A stretch of DNA of 64,000 nt, taken from assembly GCA_050010075.1 (NCBI GenBank), contig JBEKLS010000002.1:3501-67500 (forward strand), given 5' to 3'. Below are positions 51,887 to 60,026 of this stretch, one piece after another. Made by a program: the position numbers and the translations under genes. Origin of the DNA: Candidatus Binatus sp. GTDB lineage: Bacteria > Desulfobacterota > Binatia > Binatales > Binataceae. Each line of letters begins with the position of its first letter. The stretch's first letter is position 1. The notes under the pieces are model-generated. The model was not told where the DNA came from. It saw only the letters and a program-made list of their open reading frames with translations, and ran no database searches.

Positions 51887-53095
51887 TCAGAACTGCACTG
51901 GCAACGATTCCAGACCGCGAAAACGCCCCATCGTCTTCCATTTGAGCTGATCAGTCCCGAGCCGCAGCCGCGGCATTCTGCGCACGATCGCGCCGACCGC
52001 GATCTGCGCCTGCAGGCGCGCCAAACTCGCGCCGAGGCAATAGTGCGCGCCATGGCTGAAGGCCAGATGCTCGCCGTCGGCGCGCGCGACGTCGAAGCTA
52101 TCGGGATCGGGGAACTTCGCGGGATCGCGATTCGCTGCGCCGATCAATACGGTCACGACTTCGCCGCTCGAAATTTTGCGCCCGCCAATCTCGAGGTCGT
52201 CGGTCGCGACTTGCGGATTCGGCGCCTGCGTCGGGCTGTCGTAGCGCAGCGCCTCTTCGATGGCGCTTTCGATCAGTTGCGGATTCTCGCGGAGCCGCTT
52301 GAACTCCTGCGGATTTTGCATCAGCGCGAGTAGCGCGCTTCCGATCAGATTGCGCGTCGTGCCGTGGCCTGCGGTGAATAGTTGCTCGGCCATTGTGACG
52401 ACTTGATCGTCGGTGAGCCGGAGCCCGCGCTCCTCCACCGCCATCATAGCGCTCATCAGGTCGGCTTGCGGCCGCACGCGGCGCTCCTTCACCAGCGCGC
52501 GCAGATACTCGATGAACTGGCGAGCCGACCGATCGCCCTCGGCCATCATCGCAGGCGTGCGCACGATTCCGCGCGACAGGATAACGCCGTCCACGAAGCC
52601 GCGCAGCATCTTCCAGTCCTCGCGCGGCACACCGACCATCGCGGAGATTGCGTCGGCTGGCAGCGGATATGCGAAGTCGGCGATCACGTCCATGCGGCCG
52701 GCGCCGGCCAGACCGTCGAGCACTTCTTCGACGCGTGCTTCGAGGTTGGGACGCGCCGCCGCGATCGCATTGGGCGAGAACGCCTTGGCCGCGAGACCCT
52801 TCAGCGCTGTGTGATTCGGCGGATCGTTGAACGCCAGCTCGCCCGCCTGCAAATCGAGGATCGGCTGGTCGCCGAACTTCGCACGCATCTTGTCGAGGAA
52901 CGCGACGCGGCTGAAGCGCCGATCGCGCAGGAACGTGATCGCGTCCGCGTAACGCGTCAGCACCCAGCCGTTGATGAACGCGCTGAAATGAACAGGGTCG
53001 TCGGTGCGCAGCCGATGCAGGAGCGGGTACGGATCGGGATGCCCCGGCAGAGTCGGGTCAACGTCGGTCGGGAAGCTGTCTTCGGCAACGCGCAT
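51887..53095 (-). CDS. cytochrome P450
   Basis: 402 aa. I-helix AGHGTT, the ExxR motif (EEALR), and the heme loop FSHGAHYCLGASLAR. Confidence 0.92.
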   Translation of the reverse strand: MRVAEDSFPTDVDPTLPGHPDPYPLLHRLRTDDPVHFSAFINGWVLTRYADAITFLRDRRFSRVAFLDKMRAKFGDQPILDLQAGELAFNDPPNHTALKGLAAKAFSPNAIAAARPNLEARVEEVLDGLAGAGRMDVIADFAYPLPADAISAMVGVPREDWKMLRGFVDGVILSRGIVRTPAMMAEGDRSARQFIEYLRALVKERRVRPQADLMSAMMAVEERGLRLTDDQVVTMAEQLFTAGHGTTRNLIGSALLALMQNPQEFKRLRENPQLIESAIEEALRYDSPTQAPNPQVATDDLEIGGRKISSGEVVTVLIGAANRDPAKFPDPDSFDVARADGEHLAFSHGAHYCLGASLARLQAQIAVGAIVRRMPRLRLGTDQLKWKTMGRFRGLESLPVQF

Positions 53096-53110
53096 CGCGG
53101 AGGCCGCCGC

Positions 53111-53512
53111 TTACTTCACTGCGGCGATCGCTTCCATCTCGACCATCAGCCCGTCGATCGCGAGCGAGGTCACGCCAACCATGGTCGAGGCCGGCGGCTC
53201 GCCGTCGGGGAACAACTCGGCGCGCGCCTCGCGCATCGCCGAATAGTCGGCCTGCTTGTAGTTGACGATGTAAGTATTGGTCTTGACGATATCCGCCGCG
53301 GTGGCTCCTGCAGCGGTCAAGGCGGCTTTCAGATTGGCGGCGGCCTGGCGAATCTGCGCCTTGAGGTCACCGGGTCCCACCAACTTGCCTTCCTTGTCAA
53401 CCGATACCTGGCCCGAGATGAAGACCAGCTTCGCCGGCCCGGCGATGGTCACGACCTGGGTGAAGCCGCGCGGCGTCATCAGGGTATCCGGATTGAGATA
53501 TTTTTTTTCCAT
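53111..53512 (-). CDS. RidA/YjgF-family reactive-intermediate deaminase
   Basis: I start the gene at the ATG at 53512 after GGAG: MEKKYLNPDTLMTPRGFTQVVTIAGPAKLVFISGQVSVDKEGKLVGPGDLKAQIRQAAANLKAAL...VEMEAIA. The 341-aa track ORF extension is rejected. Confidence 0.85.
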   Translation of the reverse strand: MEKKYLNPDTLMTPRGFTQVVTIAGPAKLVFISGQVSVDKEGKLVGPGDLKAQIRQAAANLKAALTAAGATAADIVKTNTYIVNYKQADYSAMREARAELFPDGEPPASTMVGVTSLAIDGLMVEMEAIAAVK

Positions 53513-53526
53513 GGTTCGCTCCTCAC

Positions 53527-53871
53527 TCAGGTTTTCGATTTCCCGTCGCCGTACTGCAGCACCTGCACCTTCTCGACCGTGATTAGTCCCGAGCCCATCA
53601 TCTTGTCGAGCACCGGCAGGAACGCGTCGATGTTCGCCTGGCTCTCGACGATCTCGACGACCATCGGCAGGTCTTCCGACAGGCGCAGAATTTTCGCCGA
53701 ATGCAGATGGCTCGATCGGCCGAAGCCCATCGGACCGCGCAGCACAGTTGCGCCGCCGAGTTGCATCTCGCGCGCCTTCAGCACGATCGCCTCGTACAGC
53801 GGATGGTGGTTTGAGCGTTCGCTTTCGCCGATAAAAATTCTGAGCAACACTGCATCGCGTGGGATTTGCAT
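53527..53871 (-). CDS. DUF190 (PII-like) protein commonly linked to crcB
   Basis: 114 aa. LLRIFIGESERSNHHPLYEAIVLKAREMQLGGATVLRGPMGFG is the DUF190 signature. Confidence 0.85.
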   Translation of the reverse strand: MQIPRDAVLLRIFIGESERSNHHPLYEAIVLKAREMQLGGATVLRGPMGFGRSSHLHSAKILRLSEDLPMVVEIVESQANIDAFLPVLDKMMGSGLITVEKVQVLQYGDGKSKT

Positions 53872-53874
53872 AAA

Positions 53875-54267
53875 CTACACTCCCCGGTTGATCGCCGCCG
53901 CAGCTATATACCCGACCGATACTGACACGAGGCACAGGATAACCGAACCCGCAGCGTTCATCACAGCCGGAATCCACTCGCCGGCCTGCATCAGGTAAAG
54001 CGTCTCGAGCGAGAAACTCGAAAACGTCGTGTAGCCGCCACAGATTCCGATCATCACGAATTGCCGCGCCGGCGTGCCGACCAGCAGGCGCCCGTCGGGC
54101 CCCGTCAGCGTGGCGAAAAACCCGATCACCAGGCAACCAGTGATGTTCACGAGCATCGTGCCGTAGGGAAACCTGCCGCCGGTGAGCGCGGTGATCGTGC
54201 CCGAGACGAAGTAGCGCCCCATTCCTCCCAGCGCGCTGCCGATCGCAATCAGGATATACGCGAGCAC
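53875..54267 (-). CDS. crcB: fluoride ion channel CrcB/FluC
   Basis: GTG start at 54267, 6 nt after GGAGG. GGMGRYFVSG...FPYGTMLVNITGCLVIGF...GICGGYTTFSSFSLE are CrcB motifs. About 130 aa. Confidence 0.9.
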   Translation of the reverse strand: MLAYILIAIGSALGGMGRYFVSGTITALTGGRFPYGTMLVNITGCLVIGFFATLTGPDGRLLVGTPARQFVMIGICGGYTTFSSFSLETLYLMQAGEWIPAVMNAAGSVILCLVSVSVGYIAAAAINRGV

Positions 54268-54280
54268 CTCTAACCTCCGA

Positions 54281-55216
54281 TCAAGTTGTGGCCGGGAGAT
54301 GGCCGGCATCGGCGACTGCGTTCACGATGAGATGAAGATAGATGAGTCCGCCGTACGGATGCCACCGCTTGAGCATCGTGGCGACGTTGTCGTAAGTCGG
54401 ATCGCCGTCCGCGCCGAGCCATTCGAAAAGTTTGTTGCGGCCGCCGACGTCGTCGCCCGGGAAAATGTTGATGCGGCCGAATCCGCGCAGCATCACGTAC
54501 TCCGCCGTCCAGCGGCCGACGCCGCGAATCTGCGATAGACGTTTGATGGCGTCGTCGTCGCCGAGCGCGCCGGTCGAGGCGAAATCGGGATCTTTTCGAT
54601 CGATTGCAAGCCGCGCAAGGCCGATGAGGTATTCGCCTTTCTGCCTGCTAAGGCCGAACGCACGCAGCGCATCGGGATTCGAGCGCGCGATGGCGGTCGC
54701 GGCGGGGAACGACCGCATCGCAGTCGCGCCGTCGGAGTCCTCGGGAATTCCGCACGATTGCGCGATGCGGTTCAGCACGTGCATTCCGGCGCTCAGCGAA
54801 ACGAGCTGGCCCGCGACCGCATTCGCAAATGCTTCGAACACCGTCGCGTAGCGCACCGGTTTCATTCCGCGCAGTCGATCCGCCAATTTGCGCAATTGCG
54901 TGTCGCCGCGCGCGAGCCGGTAGAAGTCTGACAGGTCGCGCTCGAGGCCGAGCATCCTCGACACGACCGCGGCTGCCTCGGCCTTCACCGCGCGCGGCCG
55001 CGTCGCTGAAATTCGCACTTCGATTTCCGGATGCGCACCTTGCCGTGTCTGCGTGACTGCGATCGCGACCGGCGCGTTGCCGATTACCAGCACGCGCCGC
55101 CAGACGCCGTCATCGAATCGATCGACGACATTATGCGCGCGCCTGCGTAGCGCCCACACAGTCAGGTCGAGCCGAAACGGTGGCCGCGGCCGAAGCGTGA
55201 ACGTCAGCGCTGGCAC
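54281..55216 (-). CDS. alkA: DNA-3-methyladenine glycosylase II (HhH-GPD family)
   Basis: 311 aa. The HhH-GPD region is LSQIRGVGRWTAEYVMLRGFGRINIFPGDDVG. It has an AlkA-like N-terminal domain. Confidence 0.85.
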   Translation of the reverse strand: MPALTFTLRPRPPFRLDLTVWALRRRAHNVVDRFDDGVWRRVLVIGNAPVAIAVTQTRQGAHPEIEVRISATRPRAVKAEAAAVVSRMLGLERDLSDFYRLARGDTQLRKLADRLRGMKPVRYATVFEAFANAVAGQLVSLSAGMHVLNRIAQSCGIPEDSDGATAMRSFPAATAIARSNPDALRAFGLSRQKGEYLIGLARLAIDRKDPDFASTGALGDDDAIKRLSQIRGVGRWTAEYVMLRGFGRINIFPGDDVGGRNKLFEWLGADGDPTYDNVATMLKRWHPYGGLIYLHLIVNAVADAGHLPATT

Positions 55217-55225
55217 TCGGTGACG

Positions 55226-55450
55226 TTACTCGATGCTGTTATCGGGAGTGTTCTGCTGCGTCGAGGTGCTCGCCGGCTTGCTGCTCTGCGTGTTCGACGC
55301 GCTCTGCGTCGAGGGATTGTTCTTGTTCTGCTCGTACTTGTAACCCGAGTACGCGAGCCCCGGAACCATCAGCGCGAGACATCCTGAACAGCAGACGGCC
55401 GCTCCCATAGCCAGCGCGAACGTTACCAGCGTTTGCCGCGTCCTTCGCAT
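55226..55450 (-). CDS. small lipoprotein with Ser/Thr/Gln/Asn-rich tail
   Basis: 74 aa. MRRTRQTLVTFALAMGAAVCCSGC is a lipobox-like signal. The tail is low-complexity. No family was recognised. Confidence 0.5.
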   Translation of the reverse strand: MRRTRQTLVTFALAMGAAVCCSGCLALMVPGLAYSGYKYEQNKNNPSTQSASNTQSSKPASTSTQQNTPDNSIE

Positions 55451-55468
55451 TTCACGCGCCCCAAAAAA

Positions 55469-56488
55469 TTACGCCTCGTTGTGGTCGATGCCGGCGCGAT
55501 GCTCGAGCGCGCGCACGCGCCGGATTATTTCAGGCAGCCGGGTCAGCACGACGGCGTAGCGGCGGAACTTGCGCACGTCGACCGCAGGTATTCCCGAGAC
55601 GATCGCATCGTCCTTCAAGTCGTTGTGGATGCCGGCCTTCGCCACCACCATGACGCGGTCGCCGATTGTCACGTGGTCGGCGCATCCCACCTGTCCGCCG
55701 AACAGGCACCATTTGCCGATTCGGGTCGAGCCCGAAATCCCGGTGTGACCCGAAAATCGCGAGTACTCACCGATTTCGCAGTTGTGCCCGATATGCACCT
55801 GGTCGTCGAGCTTCACGCCGCGATGCAAGACCGTCGCGCCCATCATCGCGCGGTCGACAGTCGAATTCGCGCCAATCTCCACGTCGTCCTCTAGTATAAC
55901 GCTGCCGACTTGCGGAATTTTGATCAAGTCGCCTTTTTCCTCGACGAAGCCGAAACCGTCGGCGCCGATTACCGCGCCGTTCAAAATCGTCACGCGATTT
56001 CCAATGATCGAGCCTTCGCGAATCGACACTCCGCTGTGCGCGGTGAAGCGATCGCCGATGCGCACGCCCGGATAAATTGTGACGTTCGGATGAATCACGG
56101 CGTCGCGCCCGATCGACACGCCCGCACCGATAACCGCCGCCGCGCCAATCGACGCGTTCGCGCCGATCGCAGCGTCGGGCGCGATGGAAGCGCGGGGATC
56201 GATTCCGGCCGCGGGCCGATATGGGGGAAAAAAAATTTCGAGCACGCGCGCGAAGTCCGCATAAGGATTCGCGCTAATCAACGTCGCGCATTTGGCACCG
56301 ACTGCCAGCTCGGCAGTGGTGATTGCGGCCGATACGCTGGATTGCAGCGCGGAGGCGTACTTCGCGCCCGCGACGAAAACGATCATGCCGGGACCGGCCG
56401 CCTCGATTGGCGCCGGCGCGAAAATCTCGACGCCGCCGTCGCCTCGAATTTCGAGTCCCAGCTTCGATGCTAGTTCCTTGAGTTTCAT
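55469..56488 (-). CDS. lpxD: UDP-3-O-(3-hydroxyacyl)glucosamine N-acyltransferase
   Basis: 339 aa. N-terminal MKLKELASKLGLEIRGDG. Long left-handed beta-helix hexapeptide repeats. C-terminal helical tail. Confidence 0.92.
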   Translation of the reverse strand: MKLKELASKLGLEIRGDGGVEIFAPAPIEAAGPGMIVFVAGAKYASALQSSVSAAITTAELAVGAKCATLISANPYADFARVLEIFFPPYRPAAGIDPRASIAPDAAIGANASIGAAAVIGAGVSIGRDAVIHPNVTIYPGVRIGDRFTAHSGVSIREGSIIGNRVTILNGAVIGADGFGFVEEKGDLIKIPQVGSVILEDDVEIGANSTVDRAMMGATVLHRGVKLDDQVHIGHNCEIGEYSRFSGHTGISGSTRIGKWCLFGGQVGCADHVTIGDRVMVVAKAGIHNDLKDDAIVSGIPAVDVRKFRRYAVVLTRLPEIIRRVRALEHRAGIDHNEA

Positions 56489-56528
56489 TTTTGATGCCCT
56501 GGTTCCTGTCGGTGAAAGTTTTCAGTCT

Positions 56529-57578
56529 TCAGTTTCGGTCCGGCGCGCTCATCGCGACGATCGCGTCCGCCATTTCCGCCGGTTCGATTTGAGTCAGGCA
56601 GTTGTAATGACCGAAGCGGCAAGTGCGCGCCAGGCATGGGCTGCATTCGAGCTTGCGATAAATCACGCGCGTCTTCGGCCCAAGCGGTCCGGTGCGATTC
56701 GGATTGGTCGAGCCGAAAATCGCGACGGTAGGGATTCCGAGCGCGCCCGCGATATGCATGCTGCCCGAGTCGTTGCCGATGAAGCCGTCGCACAGGGACA
56801 GCAGCGCGATCAGCTCGCCGATATTGGTGTGTCCCGCCGCGATCATCGCGCCGGCCTTGCTGGCAGCCGCGACCTGCTCGCAGACCGCGCGCTCGGACGG
56901 CGCGCCCACCAGCACGACCTCGGCGTCCTCGCGCCGCGCAATCAAATCGATCAGCGCGCCATACCTTTCCGCGGGCCACTCCTTGGCCGGTCCGTAGGCA
57001 GCGGCGGGAGCGATGGCAAATAGGCGACTGTCTGAACGCTTGCGATTCACCGCGAGCCACTCGCGCATCCGCTCGCGATGAGGCTCGTGCACATCGATCG
57101 CGAAATCATCGGCGGTGCCGGCGGCAACTCCGGTCCCGCGCACCATCGCGAGCCAGTACTTCACCTGATGCCCGTTCATCGCCTCGGGCGGCGGCGAGGC
57201 CTTTAGTGTCAGCATCGCGCCGCGCGCATCGGCGACAAATCCCGCGCGTCGCCGGATTCCCGCCATCGTGATCCACAGGGCCGACTCGAAACTGTTGGGG
57301 AACAACACTCCGAGATCGAATCGCCGCGAGCGAATCTCGCCGACGATCCGTCGCCGATCGAAAAAACCGGAAAGACCGCGCCCGACCGAGTATGGAATCA
57401 CCTCGTCGATCCAGCCGGCGCCGTCAAAGAAGTTTGCGAGCTCCTTTTTGACAAGCACGGCCAGATGCGCGTCAGGGTAGGTGCGCCGAATCGCAAGCAG
57501 CGCGGGCAGGCTCATCACGATATCGCCGAGCCAGTTAACTTCCTTGACGAGGATGCGCGCGGGCGGCGGCTCGAGCAT
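56529..57578 (-). CDS. waaF: ADP-heptose:LPS heptosyltransferase II (GT9)
   Basis: I start the gene at the ATG at 57578 (MLEPPPARILVKEVNWLGDIVMSLPAL...). FIGNDSGSMHIAGALGIPTVAIFGSTNP, and the C-terminal CSPCLARTCRFGHYNCL typical of WaaF. The 50-codon upstream extension is probably not translated. Confidence 0.85.
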   Translation of the reverse strand: MLEPPPARILVKEVNWLGDIVMSLPALLAIRRTYPDAHLAVLVKKELANFFDGAGWIDEVIPYSVGRGLSGFFDRRRIVGEIRSRRFDLGVLFPNSFESALWITMAGIRRRAGFVADARGAMLTLKASPPPEAMNGHQVKYWLAMVRGTGVAAGTADDFAIDVHEPHRERMREWLAVNRKRSDSRLFAIAPAAAYGPAKEWPAERYGALIDLIARREDAEVVLVGAPSERAVCEQVAAASKAGAMIAAGHTNIGELIALLSLCDGFIGNDSGSMHIAGALGIPTVAIFGSTNPNRTGPLGPKTRVIYRKLECSPCLARTCRFGHYNCLTQIEPAEMADAIVAMSAPDRN

Positions 57579-57736
57579 AACGGCGGGCGTCGTCGACGGC
57601 GCTGTGCGCGAATCGAGCTTGGCTTCGTGTCGGAAATTTTCGGATTCCACGATCAAGATTCCCGGCGATACCTGCGATGCCGCCGGCAAAGATTTCATCA
57701 CGCGAGCGTGTTCAAATAAACCCGGCAACTGGCAAG

Positions 57737-57772
57737 CAACCCAACCCCTTTCCGCGTGGGAAGGGGAACCGG
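57737..57772 (+). repeat. family R1 repeat, partial copy e
   Basis: caacccaacccctttccgcgtgggaaggggaaccgg, with hairpin CCCCTTTCC/GGGAAGGGG and the AACC(A/G)G tail. Confidence 0.7.
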
Positions 57773-57846
57773 TCGCGGAGATAATTTGCTTCCGCGTTGC
57801 GCGGGATCGTACTACTATCCGAGTCGCACGCGAGGGGATTGCTGCG

Positions 57847-59499
57847 ATGGCTGGTTTGAGAGATCGACCGCTGATGCGCGATGCGCTGCTCGCCGGTGGA
57901 GTGATCGCCGCGGGCGCGATTGCGGCGTTGATCGCACTCGATCACGGCGCGCCCCTCAGTTCTCATTTCAGTTCGGTGGTGTCGGCGCCTGTCCGTCCCG
58001 ACGCGCCGGCGGCGGGGTTGAAAACATCCCGCGCCGCGATCGATGCGCGCGGTGCCACTCACGCCGTCGCCAGCCCGCAACAAATCGGATTGGCGCCAAC
58101 TTCGGTGAAAAAGAAATCGAGCGGCCCGACTTTGGTACTGATGGTTCCGGATTTGCCGCCGCGCCAGAATCCTGTCGCGCCGAATTCCGGCATGTGGATC
58201 GAACAGGGCAGCGGTGGTCCTGTTACAGGCCCGAATCCTCAAGGTTCCGGGCCGATTGCGATGGGCGTGGTCGGTGGCGTCTCGGCTCCGCTGACTTCGC
58301 CGACGGGGCAGTCGCAACCGAGTTTTCCGGCTGCGCCTAAAGCTCCCGTAGTTGCATCAAGCTCTGCTCACACGGCAGCGTCGCACCCGGCGAGCCAATC
58401 AGCTGATACGACGACGCATGCCGGGTTCGTGCTGCTGGCGGGCGGCCACGGCGACGGCCAGTTCGCGCTCTCGAGCGCGGAGCTTTTCGATCCAGCCAGG
58501 AACGCATTCGCCGCCGCGCCGTCGATGAAGGATGCGCGCACGGATCACACGGCCACAGTATTGCCCAGCGGCAAAATTTTGGTCGCCGGCGGCGAAGGAC
58601 CCTCGGGTCGCGCTTTGTCGTCGGCTGAGCTGTACGATCCTGGCAGCGGAAAATTTTCCGCGGTCGCCTCGAAGATGGACACTGCGCGCGCCGAGCATAC
58701 CGCGACGTTGATTTCCGGATGCAACTGCGCCGCCGACGGACAGGTGTTAATCGCGGGCGGCACCACGGCGACGGGCTCGCTCGGCACCACGCTGAGGAGC
58801 GCGGAACTTTACGACCCCGCAACGGGAGTTTTCACGGCGACTGGCGCGATGAAGGCGACGCGCGCGGGACACACGGCGACGTTGCTCGCGAGCGGTCCGT
58901 TGGCGGGCAACGTGCTGATAGCAGGCGGCACCAGCGACGAGAGCGGCGGCGAAGTCGCGACGGCTGAGCTGTACGATCCGGTCGCCGGAGAGTTCACTTT
59001 GACGGGCAGGATGAGCACGCCGCGCAAAGGTCATAGCGCCACCTGGCTTTCGCCGACAGTTGTGACGGGCACCCTCGCGGGCAACGTGCTGGTGGCTGGC
59101 GGCGGTGACGTGAGTGCCCCGAACGACAGCGCGGAAGTTTTCAATCCGCAGACGGCGGGGTTTTCACCGGTGGGCGCGATGACCACGCCGCGTACGCTTC
59201 AATCGGCGGTGTTGCTGGACAGCGGCAAGGTGCTGATCGCAGGCGGTCAGAGCAGCGATTCGGATTTTCTGCTGAGCGCTGAGCTGTTCGACCCGGTGCA
59301 AGCCACCTTTGCCGCGACCGGCTCGATGCATAACGTCCACGCCGGCGCCACTGCAACTGTGCTCAACAGCGGCAGCGCGCTGGTCGCGGGTGGCAGATCG
59401 AGCTTCGCGGATCTCTACGACCCCACGGCGGGAACCTTCTCGGCTACGAGCAGCATGATCACCGACGTTGCCGAATCGACCTCGACGCTAATCAAGTAG
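57847..59499 (+). CDS. membrane-anchored Kelch-repeat beta-propeller protein
   Basis: ATG at 57847 after GAGGGG. TM anchor ALLAGGVIAAGAIAALIAL. A Pro/Ser-rich spacer. Six or seven Kelch units of the form AELYDPxxGxFxxxGxMxxxRxxHTATLLxxGxVLIAGG. Confidence 0.85.
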   Translation: MAGLRDRPLMRDALLAGGVIAAGAIAALIALDHGAPLSSHFSSVVSAPVRPDAPAAGLKTSRAAIDARGATHAVASPQQIGLAPTSVKKKSSGPTLVLMVPDLPPRQNPVAPNSGMWIEQGSGGPVTGPNPQGSGPIAMGVVGGVSAPLTSPTGQSQPSFPAAPKAPVVASSSAHTAASHPASQSADTTTHAGFVLLAGGHGDGQFALSSAELFDPARNAFAAAPSMKDARTDHTATVLPSGKILVAGGEGPSGRALSSAELYDPGSGKFSAVASKMDTARAEHTATLISGCNCAADGQVLIAGGTTATGSLGTTLRSAELYDPATGVFTATGAMKATRAGHTATLLASGPLAGNVLIAGGTSDESGGEVATAELYDPVAGEFTLTGRMSTPRKGHSATWLSPTVVTGTLAGNVLVAGGGDVSAPNDSAEVFNPQTAGFSPVGAMTTPRTLQSAVLLDSGKVLIAGGQSSDSDFLLSAELFDPVQATFAATGSMHNVHAGATATVLNSGSALVAGGRSSFADLYDPTAGTFSATSSMITDVAESTSTLIK

Positions 59500-59504
59500 C
59501 GGAA

Positions 59505-60026
59505 TTATTTCTTGAGCGCGGCGATTACGTCATTGACGATCGCATCGGCCTTCGCGCGCATCTGATCGTCGGTTGCGTCCTGAATCGGATGCGGTACGAA
59601 CACGCGGCGAAGCTCAGGCAACCCCAACGCCTCGGCCTGCCGCTCGGCGGCGTCGACGAACTCGTTGGACGCGATTACCACCGCGGGCTTCTTATTTATC
59701 TCGAACCATACGGAGTCGTGCACACTGCACGTGGTGCACGACCCTCAGTCGGCGAGCGCTTCAATAACGAAGTCGCACTCCTGCGCGATACGGCGGCGCA
59801 GGTCGTCGGGCGCCGGCTTGGTGAAGGTGGGTTTGCGAAAGCGCTTGAGCTCGATGCCCGGCAGGCGGTCCTGAAGATGCTCGGCGAGCCGGTCGATCAA
59901 CACGTTGCCGCGCGGCTTGGAGATGTCGAGCAGCCCGACGCGGCCGGCGATAGTGTCCGAGCGGGCGGCGAGCGTGCGTCGAATCGGCACGCGCTCGTCA
60001 GTCGGATCGATGATCACCTGTTTCAT
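59505..60026 (-). CDS. UGSC-family selenoprotein (in-frame TGA at 59745..59747 read as selenocysteine, residue 94 of 173)
   Basis: Track ORFs 59745..60083 and 59505..59723 are in the same frame and separated only by TGA plus 7 sense codons. The readthrough product is MKQVIIDPTDERV...QECDFVIEALAD-U-GSCTTCSVHDSVWFEINKKPAVVIASNEF...VIAALKK. The UGSC motif is the name-giving motif of that family. ATG 60026 follows GGAG and overlaps the upstream stop (ATGA). A hairpin starts directly 3' of the TGA. Confidence 0.8.
59713..59744 (-). promoter_or_regulatory. candidate bacterial SECIS hairpin for the UGSC gene
   Basis: The RNA after the UGA reads GGGUCGUGCAC-CACGUGCAGU-GUGCACGACUC. It forms an 11-bp stem (one G-U pair). 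The apical region can be refolded into a GUGCA loop that contains the GU typical of SelB-binding loops. Confidence 0.6.

Noticed and set aside
52382-53998. 538-aa plus-strand ORF
   Set aside because: It runs antisense across the P450, RidA and DUF190 genes, all of which have clear family signatures.
53513-54136. Upstream extension of the RidA ORF to 341 aa
   Set aside because: The extension overlaps the DUF190 and crcB genes in another frame and is Arg-rich. RidA homology and the GGAG motif define the start at 53512.
54268-54280. Fluoride riboswitch upstream of crcB
   Set aside because: Only 13 nt separate crcB from alkA. I also could not spot the conserved crcB-motif pseudoknot sequence by eye in the adjacent region. 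A covariance-model scan is needed to be certain.
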